Positions 28,263-36,525 of a stretch of 44,364 nucleotides of DNA are shown here, in pieces. The stretch is taken from positions 1-44,364 of IMG/VR virus record IMGVR_UViG_3300020045_001891. The stretch is one strand, 5' to 3'. A model generated the notes under the pieces. It saw nothing but the letters and a program-made list of their open reading frames with translations. It had not been told where the DNA came from and searched no databases. Origin of the DNA: a virus. Taxonomy: Duplodnaviria; Caudoviricetes. Made by a program: the position numbers and the translations under genes. Positions within the stretch are counted from its first letter, which is position 1, and each line of letters opens with the position of its first letter.

Positions 28263-29042
28263 TTACGCCGATGGCTGGCCGTCAATGTAGATGGCAGCCT
28301 TGTTGTAGGCAGTGTCTTCAAGGATTTCGACGTTCAGCGGAAGCTGAAGCCAGTCGTCGCCCTTGAGGTTGAAGTCACCGTTGGCGCTCAACTTGACATA
28401 CGGCATGTAGAAGTCGTTGTCTTCGCCATCCGGGTTGTCGGCCACGTAACGCAGCGCACCTTCGATTTCGGTCGAACCCGAGATGATCTGCTTGCGCGAC
28501 ACAGCAGCGCGGTCGTAGGTTACGACCATCGTCGAAGCATCGGCAATCGTGCTGGTGTCGGGGATGTAGATCGTCCCGCGAACAGCATCGACCGTAAAGT
28601 CAGTACCGAGCGTCTTGGCGACAGAACTGACAGTGATACCCACGTTGCTGATCGAACGAACGCCGGTAGGATTGCCGCCGCTGATACCAAGCTGGTAGTA
28701 GTGACCCTTCTTCGTGCCAGCGAAAGTTTCGGTCTGTGCAGTGGCCGAAGTCTGAGCCAGCGTCGAAGTCGAACCGAAGAAGAACAGAGCAAGGTTTTCG
28801 GCGTTGATGTCGTCGAGAACCAGCGAGCCTGTGCGGTTGGTCTGAAGCGTGACCGACTTATCCTTCACGCGAACGCCGGAGTCCGACGAAAAGTGTTCCA
28901 GTTTGTCGCTCTGAATATTCACCGAGAACGAAGGCGAGTTGCCCACGTAGCGCCATGAGTCAGGCGTGTGCGTGCCACTCTTGAAGTTTGCGACAAACAC
29001 CTTGCCGCGACCGATGGTCTGATTACCGTAGCTTAGCGCCAT
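28263..29042 (-). CDS. major tail tube protein
   Basis: IGRGKVFV, RYVGNSPSF, LEHFSS, ENLALFFFG, EGALRYVADNPDG. Confidence 0.9.
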   Translation of the reverse strand: MALSYGNQTIGRGKVFVANFKSGTHTPDSWRYVGNSPSFSVNIQSDKLEHFSSDSGVRVKDKSVTLQTNRTGSLVLDDINAENLALFFFGSTSTLAQTSATAQTETFAGTKKGHYYQLGISGGNPTGVRSISNVGITVSSVAKTLGTDFTVDAVRGTIYIPDTSTIADASTMVVTYDRAAVSRKQIISGSTEIEGALRYVADNPDGEDNDFYMPYVKLSANGDFNLKGDDWLQLPLNVEILEDTAYNKAAIYIDGQPSA

Positions 29043-29063
29043 TTTCAACTCCTTTGGTTTGCG

Positions 29064-29078
29064 TCACCATTACAGTGA
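29064..29078. promoter_or_regulatory. 15-bp palindrome upstream of tail tube gene
   Basis: TCACCATTACAGTGA. Confidence 0.6.
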
Positions 29079-29104
29079 TTGTGGGGCAAAAGAAAGCCCC
29101 GATG

Positions 29105-29124
29105 AAAAGGAGTCTCTTGACTCC
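29105..29124 (-). terminator. intrinsic terminator
   Basis: minus strand GGAGTC-AAGA-GACTCC-TTTT, followed by a second GGGGC/GCCCC hairpin (29083-29100). Confidence 0.5.
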
Positions 29125-29156
29125 GCTTACGGCTCAGGTCCATTCCTGTCCGAATC

Positions 29157-29699
29157 TCAAACATACGGCGACTCGGCCTTATCGACGATGTGCAGTTCGA
29201 CCATCAGGTGAAACCCAGCATAGGCCGAAAGTTCGTTCGCAGGTCGCACAGTCCCGCTGCCAAAGCGCAGCCCCAGCAACCCGTAAGTTCGCTCGGACAA
29301 ACCGAAAATCTGCCGTTCACCGTCAACAGCGCGACGCTTCAACTGCGCTGCCAGATACTTACGAACGTCAGCCAGTAGCGGGTAGACGGGGTCTGTCGGA
29401 TTCTGTCGGTCGTCTACCGTCCAACCCTGCAAAATCAACGGCCACATATATTCCGTGGTCGCCTTATCTGCCACCATGTCGTTGATCAGGTCTGTTTCTG
29501 ACGCAGCCTCAAGCACCGACAGCATCGGGATCGGGTCGCCTTCACCGAAGAACGCGCGACCGCGATACACGCGAGGCGTCGTCACACCGTCGCCGGGATC
29601 GAAGTCTGCCAGATTGGACTGGTAGCCGTTCGCCGGGGTGATCGTCTTGAGTCCGTTGACCAAGCCTTTCAGGATCGTGAGTTTCGCGGGATCGGGCAT
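29157..29699 (-). CDS. tail terminator protein
   Basis: ITPANGYQSNL, VYRGRAFFG, NPTDPVYPLLADV; synteny. Confidence 0.8.
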   Translation of the reverse strand: MPDPAKLTILKGLVNGLKTITPANGYQSNLADFDPGDGVTTPRVYRGRAFFGEGDPIPMLSVLEAASETDLINDMVADKATTEYMWPLILQGWTVDDRQNPTDPVYPLLADVRKYLAAQLKRRAVDGERQIFGLSERTYGLLGLRFGSGTVRPANELSAYAGFHLMVELHIVDKAESPYV

Positions 29700-30304
29700 C
29701 ACAGATCCTTCCGGTTCATCTGGCGGGTGAACTCAGCGTCCAGCCACTCCGAAATATCGGGAATAAGGTCTTCGGCAACGGTGTAGAACACTTGCGAACT
29801 GGACGGGCCGAACAAAAGATACAGGCCCTTGCTGATCGGGCGCACCTTGTACTTACCCTTGATCGTCTCACCGTCTTTCAGGCGAACCGCCAAGCCTATG
29901 TTCCGATTGTCTTCGGTGATCGGCGCGGTGCCACGGCGCAACGGGACAAACAGCAACGGGTTACGCAGAGTCTTGAAACTGGCGTCACCGACGTGCAACC
30001 GCTTTGCTTGCGTCCACGGTTGCTTCGAGCCGCTGGCAAACTGCGCAAGACTGGTAGGCCGAAACGTGGTGCTGATCACACCTTCGTAGGTTTCGCCCGT
30101 GTCGATCTTCATGGTCAGTTTGTCGTTCAGATACGACGCTGTCCAGTTGATCTGTGAACGCATCCTGCGACTTGCTTCGGTGCGGGCGCGCTGCGTGATG
30201 CGCGGAATGGTCAGCGCAATAGCGCGCTTCGTGCGCTCAGGAAGCTGCGACACGTCTTCCAGTGCGTCAGACAACCCCTGAATGAACACCGCATACTCAG
30301 CCAT
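29699..30304 (-). CDS. tail completion / neck protein
   Basis: RPTSLAQF, NIGLAVRL, LYLLFGPS; synteny. Confidence 0.75.
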   Translation of the reverse strand: MAEYAVFIQGLSDALEDVSQLPERTKRAIALTIPRITQRARTEASRRMRSQINWTASYLNDKLTMKIDTGETYEGVISTTFRPTSLAQFASGSKQPWTQAKRLHVGDASFKTLRNPLLFVPLRRGTAPITEDNRNIGLAVRLKDGETIKGKYKVRPISKGLYLLFGPSSSQVFYTVAEDLIPDISEWLDAEFTRQMNRKDL

Positions 30305-30680
30305 TGGTGGGCACCGGAAGCCCAGCGGCATCCGCCTCAAGCAACGGCGTAACGCGCGCCGTGACAAACTGGTCGTCCAGTGGATACCAGAACTCAACGC
30401 GATACGCCTCACCGGCTTCCACGGAGACTGTGGCACCCTGACGAAGATATTCGGGCAGTTCGGAGCGTTTGAAGCGGAGTCGATCCTCTGTGATCGCCAT
30501 CAACGCCTCACCGCCGTAAATAGAAGACTCGCCAATGTTCGGCATGTCTGAGCGCCTATGGACCCGCACAGTGACAGGCACCGGGGTCGCGTTAGGCACG
30601 GGAATGTAGAGGGCCGCAACCGAGGCTTCGCCGTGAACGACGTTGCGCATTTCGCGCTTAAGTTCTCGGAAGCGGCCCAC
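30297..30680 (-). CDS. head closure protein (gpFII-like)
   Basis: VTVRVH, SVEAGEAYRV; synteny. Confidence 0.7.
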   Translation of the reverse strand: MGRFRELKREMRNVVHGEASVAALYIPVPNATPVPVTVRVHRRSDMPNIGESSIYGGEALMAITEDRLRFKRSELPEYLRQGATVSVEAGEAYRVEFWYPLDDQFVTARVTPLLEADAAGLPVPTNG

Positions 30681-30686
30681 TGGTCG

Positions 30687-30956
30687 TCAGTCCAGCGCAG
30701 CAGCGAGGTCGTCGCTGCCCGACAGAGACACGATACCGTCACCCAGCTTTTCGAACAGGGCAACTTCCGCTTCACCTTCCGGCTCACGGGCAGCACCCAG
30801 TTCCAGCAGTTCCTTCAGATCCTTGGCAGAACCAGTGAAGGGCGTGCCGGGTTCGATCACACCGTTGATATTGTGAACGGCCACCAGAACCTTCTTCGGC
30901 TTCTTTGGAGTCGGAGTAGGCTTGGCAGCGGGCTTCGTTTCAACTTTCTCAGTCAT
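30687..30956 (-). CDS. small head-associated protein (gpFI position)
   Basis: after capsid; PGTPF..ELLELGAARE. Confidence 0.65.
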   Translation of the reverse strand: MTEKVETKPAAKPTPTPKKPKKVLVAVHNINGVIEPGTPFTGSAKDLKELLELGAAREPEGEAEVALFEKLGDGIVSLSGSDDLAAALD

Positions 30957-30972
30957 TCATCACCTATTTGTG

Positions 30973-31002
30973 GAGGCGGGGAACACGGCCATACCCCGCC
31001 TC
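30973..31002 (-). other. GC stem-loop after capsid gene
   Basis: GAGGCGGGG...CCCCGCCTC, 9-bp stem, no U-run. Confidence 0.55.
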
Positions 31003-31009
31003 AGTTCGA

Positions 31010-32092
31010 TCAGTTGACAGCAGAGACGATCTTGAAGGTGGCATCCGGGTTGACCGGGATCATCAGGGGAGCGGACTCCCACGACATATGCTCGGTCTTC
31101 ACACGTCCACCCTGCATGAAGTTCTTCGGGAAGATCGGCAGCGCTTGGAAGTCCGCGTCCATGTCCACGATGCGACCAAAGGCTTGGATGCCCATGATGG
31201 CTTCAGGATTGGCGCAGAACACCATGTCCTTGGCACCAAGGTAACGCTGCGACGTGCCGCTGTTGTCCACGTAGGTCTCGTTGTTGACCCACAGGTTCAG
31301 CGTCTGGCCGCTAGGACCGCCCACCGAGATGGTGCCGACCTGAAACACCTTGCCGGTCGAACCGATAAGGCCGCGTTCGATGCGAACGTCACTGCGCTGT
31401 GCTTCGAACTCCATCGCCTTCTGAAGCGCGACATCATTCTTGATGACGGCCCAGACGGAACCACCCATGATGATGTCAACGGGGATACCGCCGAACTCAG
31501 CATCGGTCATGGTGTCGATGGTGGACTGAACGCGATCCATGAAGGACACGCCCGAGTCACCGAAGCGGTTACCTGAAGTCAGCGTGACGGTCTGACCGGC
31601 TGCACGACCGAAGTCCACAGCCACGGCTTCACCCGACTCGTAACGAACGGTTACTGCGGCGTCGATGATCGCCTTGGCGCGCATCCACTCCCAGCGGCGT
31701 TCGATTGCCATCATGGCCTGTGCGGTCATTTCGGCGCGAAGCAGGTTGCGGCGCTGCGCGGGGCTGATCGTCATCTGCTGGACCATCGAGTCGATGCCCG
31801 GTGCAGTCGAGAGCAGGCGGAACGGGTCGATCTGCTCTTCTACCACGATGTTCGCAGGCTTGAAGCGCTTCGCGCTGCTGCGGTCGTTGTAGACGCCCGT
31901 GCCACGGCCAAGGGGCTTCACGAAAGCGGCCAGCTTGCGGGTCGGAACCGGCAGCTTTTCGAAGTCGATCCACTCATCGGTGGTTGCGATCTGGCGCGTG
32001 AAGTATTTGCCGAACTGCCACGTTTCGGGCTTGGTAGCGCGCATCATGCCAAGGCTGGTGCGAGTGTCCCAGAGTTCATACGGATTAGCCAT
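31010..32092 (-). CDS. major capsid protein (lambda gpE-like)
   Basis: RKLAAFVKP, IERRWEWM, VDFGR, ESAPLMIP; after decoration gene. Confidence 0.93.
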   Translation of the reverse strand: MANPYELWDTRTSLGMMRATKPETWQFGKYFTRQIATTDEWIDFEKLPVPTRKLAAFVKPLGRGTGVYNDRSSAKRFKPANIVVEEQIDPFRLLSTAPGIDSMVQQMTISPAQRRNLLRAEMTAQAMMAIERRWEWMRAKAIIDAAVTVRYESGEAVAVDFGRAAGQTVTLTSGNRFGDSGVSFMDRVQSTIDTMTDAEFGGIPVDIIMGGSVWAVIKNDVALQKAMEFEAQRSDVRIERGLIGSTGKVFQVGTISVGGPSGQTLNLWVNNETYVDNSGTSQRYLGAKDMVFCANPEAIMGIQAFGRIVDMDADFQALPIFPKNFMQGGRVKTEHMSWESAPLMIPVNPDATFKIVSAVN

Positions 32093-32107
32093 TTCCAGAT
32101 TCCTTTA

Positions 32108-32557
32108 TCAGATGGCCGTGGTCGAGGTACGGCTGACGAAACGCAGACGCGAGTTGGCGGCGTTGTAACCCTGCTTCTTCGCAACCGTGTCGAAGGACGA
32201 GTCCCAGATCAGCGGCGAGTCGGCGTCGGTGTTGAACGAGCCTTCGAGGGCAACTTCACCCTTGATGGTGGTGTTCGACGCGCCCGAAGTCGCAGGCTGC
32301 AACAGCACACCGATGGGCTTGATCGCGCTCGATTCGGTGGCGTTGTAAGTCGCCGCAACCAGCTTGCCGCCCGACAGACCAACCACGGTGAACTGCGCGA
32401 GAGTCAGCGAGTCACCGAGCAGGATGCGAACAGGCTGCTGAATGCCGGGTTCGTTGTTTGCCAGCAGGAACTGGTTTTCGTAGGTGTCGATGGTCTCGAA
32501 AGCCGGGACACCGTGAGTGGCCGAAGAGCCATTCTGGTAGTTGGGATAAGTCGGCAT
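32108..32557 (-). CDS. head decoration protein (gpD-like)
   Basis: FTVVG, PIGVL, GSFN..LIWDSSFDT; synteny. Confidence 0.8.
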   Translation of the reverse strand: MPTYPNYQNGSSATHGVPAFETIDTYENQFLLANNEPGIQQPVRILLGDSLTLAQFTVVGLSGGKLVAATYNATESSAIKPIGVLLQPATSGASNTTIKGEVALEGSFNTDADSPLIWDSSFDTVAKKQGYNAANSRLRFVSRTSTTAI

Positions 32558-32574
32558 GTGTCGATCCTTTCAGG

Positions 32575-32973
32575 TTACTTGGCGAAACCAAGGCCAAGCT
32601 GCTTGGCGAGGGCCAGCGTCTCGGCTGCGACATCGGCGTCAGCGTTGCCGCCGTTGCCCTGCGGTGCGCCACCGATTTCCGGGTTGCCATTCGACATGGC
32701 GGCGTCGAAGCCGCCTTCGACAGTTTCAGCAACAGGTGCGGGAGCCACAGCCTTGGGCGAAACTGCCAGTGCAGCGATGGCGTCTTCTGCGTTCATGGAA
32801 GTCTTGAACGCGAAGTGGTTTGCGAGGTCTTCGCGGCCCTTGGCGTCTTCGCTGCCGAGAATGGCACCGATGCGAGCCGTGGCTTCGACAGCACCTTCAG
32901 CACGCGCTGCGGCAACTGCCTGTTCGTGGACGGCCTGTTCAACGACCGCCGCGTCCGTCGTAGGAGTGGTCAT
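32575..32973 (-). CDS. in-frame nested scaffolding protein (Nu3-like)
   Basis: internal GGAGAAGAAAAC-ATG starting MTTPTTDAAVVE, Ala-rich. Confidence 0.6.
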   Translation of the reverse strand: MTTPTTDAAVVEQAVHEQAVAAARAEGAVEATARIGAILGSEDAKGREDLANHFAFKTSMNAEDAIAALAVSPKAVAPAPVAETVEGGFDAAMSNGNPEIGGAPQGNGGNADADVAAETLALAKQLGLGFAK

Positions 32974-33849
32974 GTTTTCTTCTCCATGTGGAGTTGACAG
33001 ATCGGCGCAAAACTGCGCCACGGCGTCGTCAAGCGGACCAATAGAATCGGCCAACCCAATCGACACTGCTTGCGTGGCAGTGTAGGTCAGTGCTTCCGTG
33101 TCACGGACAGCCTGTTCCTCCATGCCCCGGTTCCGTGCCACGTTGGACACGAAAACATCGTAGAGTTCGTCAATGCGAACCTGAATGCGGGCCTTCACAT
33201 CATCAGACAGAGGTTCGCTGGCATTACCATCGACCTTGTGCTTGCCTGCGAAGATGAAGGTCTGCTTGACACCCATTTCGTCATACATCTTCGACAGGTC
33301 GATGTGCGACGTGACAACGCCGATGCTGCCGACACCGCCAGTCTTGCTGACAACGATGCTGTCTGCCACCGAAGCGATGGCGTAGGCAGCCGAATACGCG
33401 GCTTCATGGGCGAATGCGCGAATGGGCTTCTCACCCTTGCGCTCGTAAATCTTGTCCGCTGCTTCAAAGCAACCGGCGACCATGCCACCGGGGCTGTTGC
33501 ACAGTAGCGCGACACCGCGAACATTGGCGTCGTCGAGACCGCGAAGCACAGCGCGCATGATGTATTCGTAACCTGTCGCCCAGTTACCGAGCGCATAGGG
33601 GAAGTTGTGCAGCAGGACTCCGCGCACCGGGACGAACAGAATGCCGTCTACCACTTCGTAGGGGCGGTAAGCGCGCTCCCAATCTTCACACTCCCAGAAG
33701 TCGTCGCCCATGTGGGCCGTGGCTTCAGTGAGGCGGGCGAAGTCTGCGTTGCCGGAAAGATGTGCTGCCAGTGCGTTGAACTGCGCTGCGCTGTCGAGTG
33801 CGACCAGTGTGGGCTGTCCGGTGAACTGTGCGGTCAGGAAATCACTCAT
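32575..33849 (-). CDS. S49 head maturation protease (gpC-like) with C-terminal scaffold
   Basis: NSPGG, AYSAAYAIAS, GVGSIGV, AGKHKVDG. Confidence 0.93.
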   Translation of the reverse strand: MSDFLTAQFTGQPTLVALDSAAQFNALAAHLSGNADFARLTEATAHMGDDFWECEDWERAYRPYEVVDGILFVPVRGVLLHNFPYALGNWATGYEYIMRAVLRGLDDANVRGVALLCNSPGGMVAGCFEAADKIYERKGEKPIRAFAHEAAYSAAYAIASVADSIVVSKTGGVGSIGVVTSHIDLSKMYDEMGVKQTFIFAGKHKVDGNASEPLSDDVKARIQVRIDELYDVFVSNVARNRGMEEQAVRDTEALTYTATQAVSIGLADSIGPLDDAVAQFCADLSTPHGEENMTTPTTDAAVVEQAVHEQAVAAARAEGAVEATARIGAILGSEDAKGREDLANHFAFKTSMNAEDAIAALAVSPKAVAPAPVAETVEGGFDAAMSNGNPEIGGAPQGNGGNADADVAAETLALAKQLGLGFAK

Positions 33850-35560
33850 TGTTGTCACCCTGCTGATTGGTTGCCATTGCAGCGGCGTTTGCCGCCAGAA
33901 CAGCAGGATCGGTCCCCGTGAACATCAGGCCCATTGCTTCACGCATCTGCATTTCGCGGCGAAGCTGACGATAAACCTTGCGCCAGTCCTTACCGAGACG
34001 GGCAAGTTCGTCTTCCGCCGTCGAAAGGCCATTGGTGATGCGCAGCACAGCAGCCTGCGTTTCCTTGTATTCGTCGATCTGGCCGCGCGATGCACCGATC
34101 CAGTCGCACTTGGAAATCGCGTCGAAGTTCAGGTTCAGGCGACCGTTGGTGTAAAGCAGCGCTGCCCGGTTCTTGGGCATCGACGTGATCTGACCCTTGT
34201 TGATCGCTTCTTCGAGCCACAGCCGGAAAACGATGGTCGCATACTTGTCGGCAATCAGTTTCTTGCGCGACTGCATGAACTTCCACGTCTCGGTCATCGC
34301 AGCGCGGGCCGACGAATAGTTCGTCTTGGTGTAGTCCCGCGAAAGCTGTTCGTAAGACACACCCATGCTGGCAGCGATGTAACGCAGCAACGATGCTTCG
34401 AACTCAGGCTGAATCCCAGACTTACCGGGGCTGAGCAGTTCTAGTTTCGTGCCGGGATACAGATGCGGTATCTTGACGCCGTCGATCTGAAGCCCGCGAT
34501 TGGTTCCAGCATACTGTGCAACCGAAGACAGGTAGCCTTCTGCGTAGTTCGTGACCATCTCCTGCACCTTGTCAGGGGTCGGCTGACCACCACCAAGGGC
34601 TGCGAATACCTGATCGCTCGGCAGTTCAGACGTGATCGCTGCGGCATACATCGCCTGCGTTACCGCGTGCTGGATGTTCAGGTCGCGCCATGTGTGGCCG
34701 ATCTTGGTAGCCTTCAGCGAAGTGGCAAGGTCCGTGAGTCCGCGAGACTGGTCGGGACGAATCTGTTCGAACAGATGGATGACCTGAAGGCGACCCCACG
34801 GCTTGCGAATGGGAATCTCTTTCCACTCGGGCAACGCAATATCCCCGAAGATCGGGCCGAAGTCGTTGGGATGCTCTGTGCGGATCTGGTAGGAAATTGG
34901 AGCGCCACGCTTGTTGTAGCGGATTCCGTTTCGCACGTTGTTGTCGTTGATGAGATTCGTTGTTGGTGACGTGCTGAGACGGTCCAGATCGACAAACTGA
35001 ATTGCCGTGTTGAACGGTGCGCCGTCGTCCTTGACCCACTCGACAGCAGCGAGCATTTCGCCAGCCATGAAGTGAACGCCGACTGCCAGGCGCACCTGCT
35101 GCGTAAAGTTGTTGGTGCGCGCCGCGTCGATCCAGTGGTCGGCAGAGTCGGAGTAAAGTTCCCACTTCTCTTCGACTTCTTCCTGAAACTCTTCTTCCCA
35201 TGTGTCATCCTGCGTGCCGAAAGCAACCTTCGACAGCGGGCGGCAGTTCAGCAGGTAGTGGCTGCCAACGATGTTGTCTTTGTGAAGGTTGCTGCCACCC
35301 TGAATGTAGGCGTCGTTGCGCAACACGTCACGGGCGCGACCGTCGATGGTCTGCTTCTCGGGAAGGATTTCAGCGTCAGCCGACTTGAGCGGTGACGACC
35401 AAAGTGCGATGCTGCTGTCAAAGCGGTCAGCCGCTTCGAATGGACCCATTGCCATGTCGCCCGCTGGCGCGGCGGGGACCGTCACCGTGGAACCAGCGGG
35501 CGTTTCGAGTGACGGAAGGGAGGGGCCGTCATCGAACAGGTGGTCGAACTCACCGCGCAT
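33842..35560 (-). CDS. portal protein, lambda family
   Basis: RARDVLRND, VIHLFEQIRPDQSRG, GVSYEQLSRDY..NYSSAR, IDEYKE. Confidence 0.95.
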   Translation of the reverse strand: MRGEFDHLFDDGPSLPSLETPAGSTVTVPAAPAGDMAMGPFEAADRFDSSIALWSSPLKSADAEILPEKQTIDGRARDVLRNDAYIQGGSNLHKDNIVGSHYLLNCRPLSKVAFGTQDDTWEEEFQEEVEEKWELYSDSADHWIDAARTNNFTQQVRLAVGVHFMAGEMLAAVEWVKDDGAPFNTAIQFVDLDRLSTSPTTNLINDNNVRNGIRYNKRGAPISYQIRTEHPNDFGPIFGDIALPEWKEIPIRKPWGRLQVIHLFEQIRPDQSRGLTDLATSLKATKIGHTWRDLNIQHAVTQAMYAAAITSELPSDQVFAALGGGQPTPDKVQEMVTNYAEGYLSSVAQYAGTNRGLQIDGVKIPHLYPGTKLELLSPGKSGIQPEFEASLLRYIAASMGVSYEQLSRDYTKTNYSSARAAMTETWKFMQSRKKLIADKYATIVFRLWLEEAINKGQITSMPKNRAALLYTNGRLNLNFDAISKCDWIGASRGQIDEYKETQAAVLRITNGLSTAEDELARLGKDWRKVYRQLRREMQMREAMGLMFTGTDPAVLAANAAAMATNQQGDNNE

Positions 35561-35790
35561 CAGAAGTAAATCCGCATCGGGCCGCTGGTAACTGTGTTGC
35601 CGAGCAGCGCTGCGATCTGGTCCTGAAGTTCCTTGATATAGGCGCGAAGGCTCGACGTTTCAGCCTTGCTGTAGACAACCCGTTCGCCGTTGAAGTCGCG
35701 AACCTCTGTTACACCCTTACCGATAAGGGCGTTGTGCAGCGCCGTTTCGGCTTCTGCGAGGCGCGTCTGAAGTTCGATAAGGGTTGCCAT
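35560..35790 (-). CDS. head-tail adaptor (gpW-like)
   Basis: LAEAETALHNAL.G..VRDFNGERVVYS..LRAYI. Confidence 0.85.
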   Translation of the reverse strand: MATLIELQTRLAEAETALHNALIGKGVTEVRDFNGERVVYSKAETSSLRAYIKELQDQIAALLGNTVTSGPMRIYF

Positions 35791-35825
35791 ATACATTGTG
35801 CCATTCGCACAAAGTAACCCACGAT

Positions 35826-35892
35826 GCAACCATTTAGTGATTCGGACGAAGAAGTCAAGCGTTAGTTGATATTTGTTTCAACCTAAAAACGA
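35826..35892. promoter_or_regulatory. palindrome cluster and minus-strand promoter for head genes
   Basis: GCAACCATTTAGTGA 35826, TCAAGCGTTAGTTGA 35855, TCAACCTAAAAACGA 35878; TTGACT on minus from 35858. Confidence 0.55.
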
Positions 35893-36033
35893 AACATCGC
35901 CTGATAGCGCCACCACCTGCTCTTGGTCAAAAACCAGCGCAATTATGATATTCACAAGGTAGTCGAGATTGTCCGTCCCGGTGACAAATACATCACCGAA
36001 GAAGTCAATCAACCACTGCGAACCTTCGTCCAT
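35878..36033 (-). CDS. 51-aa protein similar to distal-tail C-terminal repeat (not in ORF track)
   Basis: MDEGSQWLIDFFGDVFVTGTDNLDYLVNIIIALVFDQEQVVALSGDVSFLG*, TGATG-coupled to upstream gene. Confidence 0.65.
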   Translation of the reverse strand: MDEGSQWLIDFFGDVFVTGTDNLDYLVNIIIALVFDQEQVVALSGDVSFLG

Positions 36034-36491
36034 CAGGCAAACGCCTCTGCGACCACGGCGACCGGTGTATTGGACTGATCGAGTCTGCGAACGCTGATCT
36101 GGTCAGCGTTGGTGATGCCGACAATCTTGCGCGACGTTGCATTCAAGATAGGCATCGCCTCGCCCGTGCCGCCCCGGCGATATTCGACAGTGGTGCCAGT
36201 GGCGTTGACAATCTCAAGCGCACCGCACGAAATGTCGGCAAATGCGACGAAGTTGGCACCAGTGGCAGAAGTATCGACCTTGGCTATGGAGACGCTCGAC
36301 GCGCCTACGCTCATCACTGCCACCGGCAGCGGATTGGTGGGTGACACATCAAGAGCAGTGTCGTTCGGACCGTATTGAACCTTCACGCGGGGGTGGACCA
36401 CATTGTCGATGTCGTCGCCCGCAAGCCACTGCCCACCACTGGTTTGGAAGCCATCGGTCATACTTGCTCCTGCATAGAGAGTGGTTGCCAT
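36033..36491 (-). CDS. putative virion structural protein
   Basis: HPRVKVQYG..VSPTNPLPV then beta-rich C-domain. Confidence 0.7.
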   Translation of the reverse strand: MATTLYAGASMTDGFQTSGGQWLAGDDIDNVVHPRVKVQYGPNDTALDVSPTNPLPVAVMSVGASSVSIAKVDTSATGANFVAFADISCGALEIVNATGTTVEYRRGGTGEAMPILNATSRKIVGITNADQISVRRLDQSNTPVAVVAEAFA

Positions 36492-36492
36492 A

Positions 36493-36525
36493 TCACCATT
36501 TTAGTGACACGGCAACTCAGCCCAA
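36493..36525 (-). promoter_or_regulatory. promoter with 15-bp palindrome
   Basis: TCACCATTTTAGTGA 36493-36507 containing minus-strand TAAAAT; TTGGGC 16 bp upstream. Confidence 0.55.
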
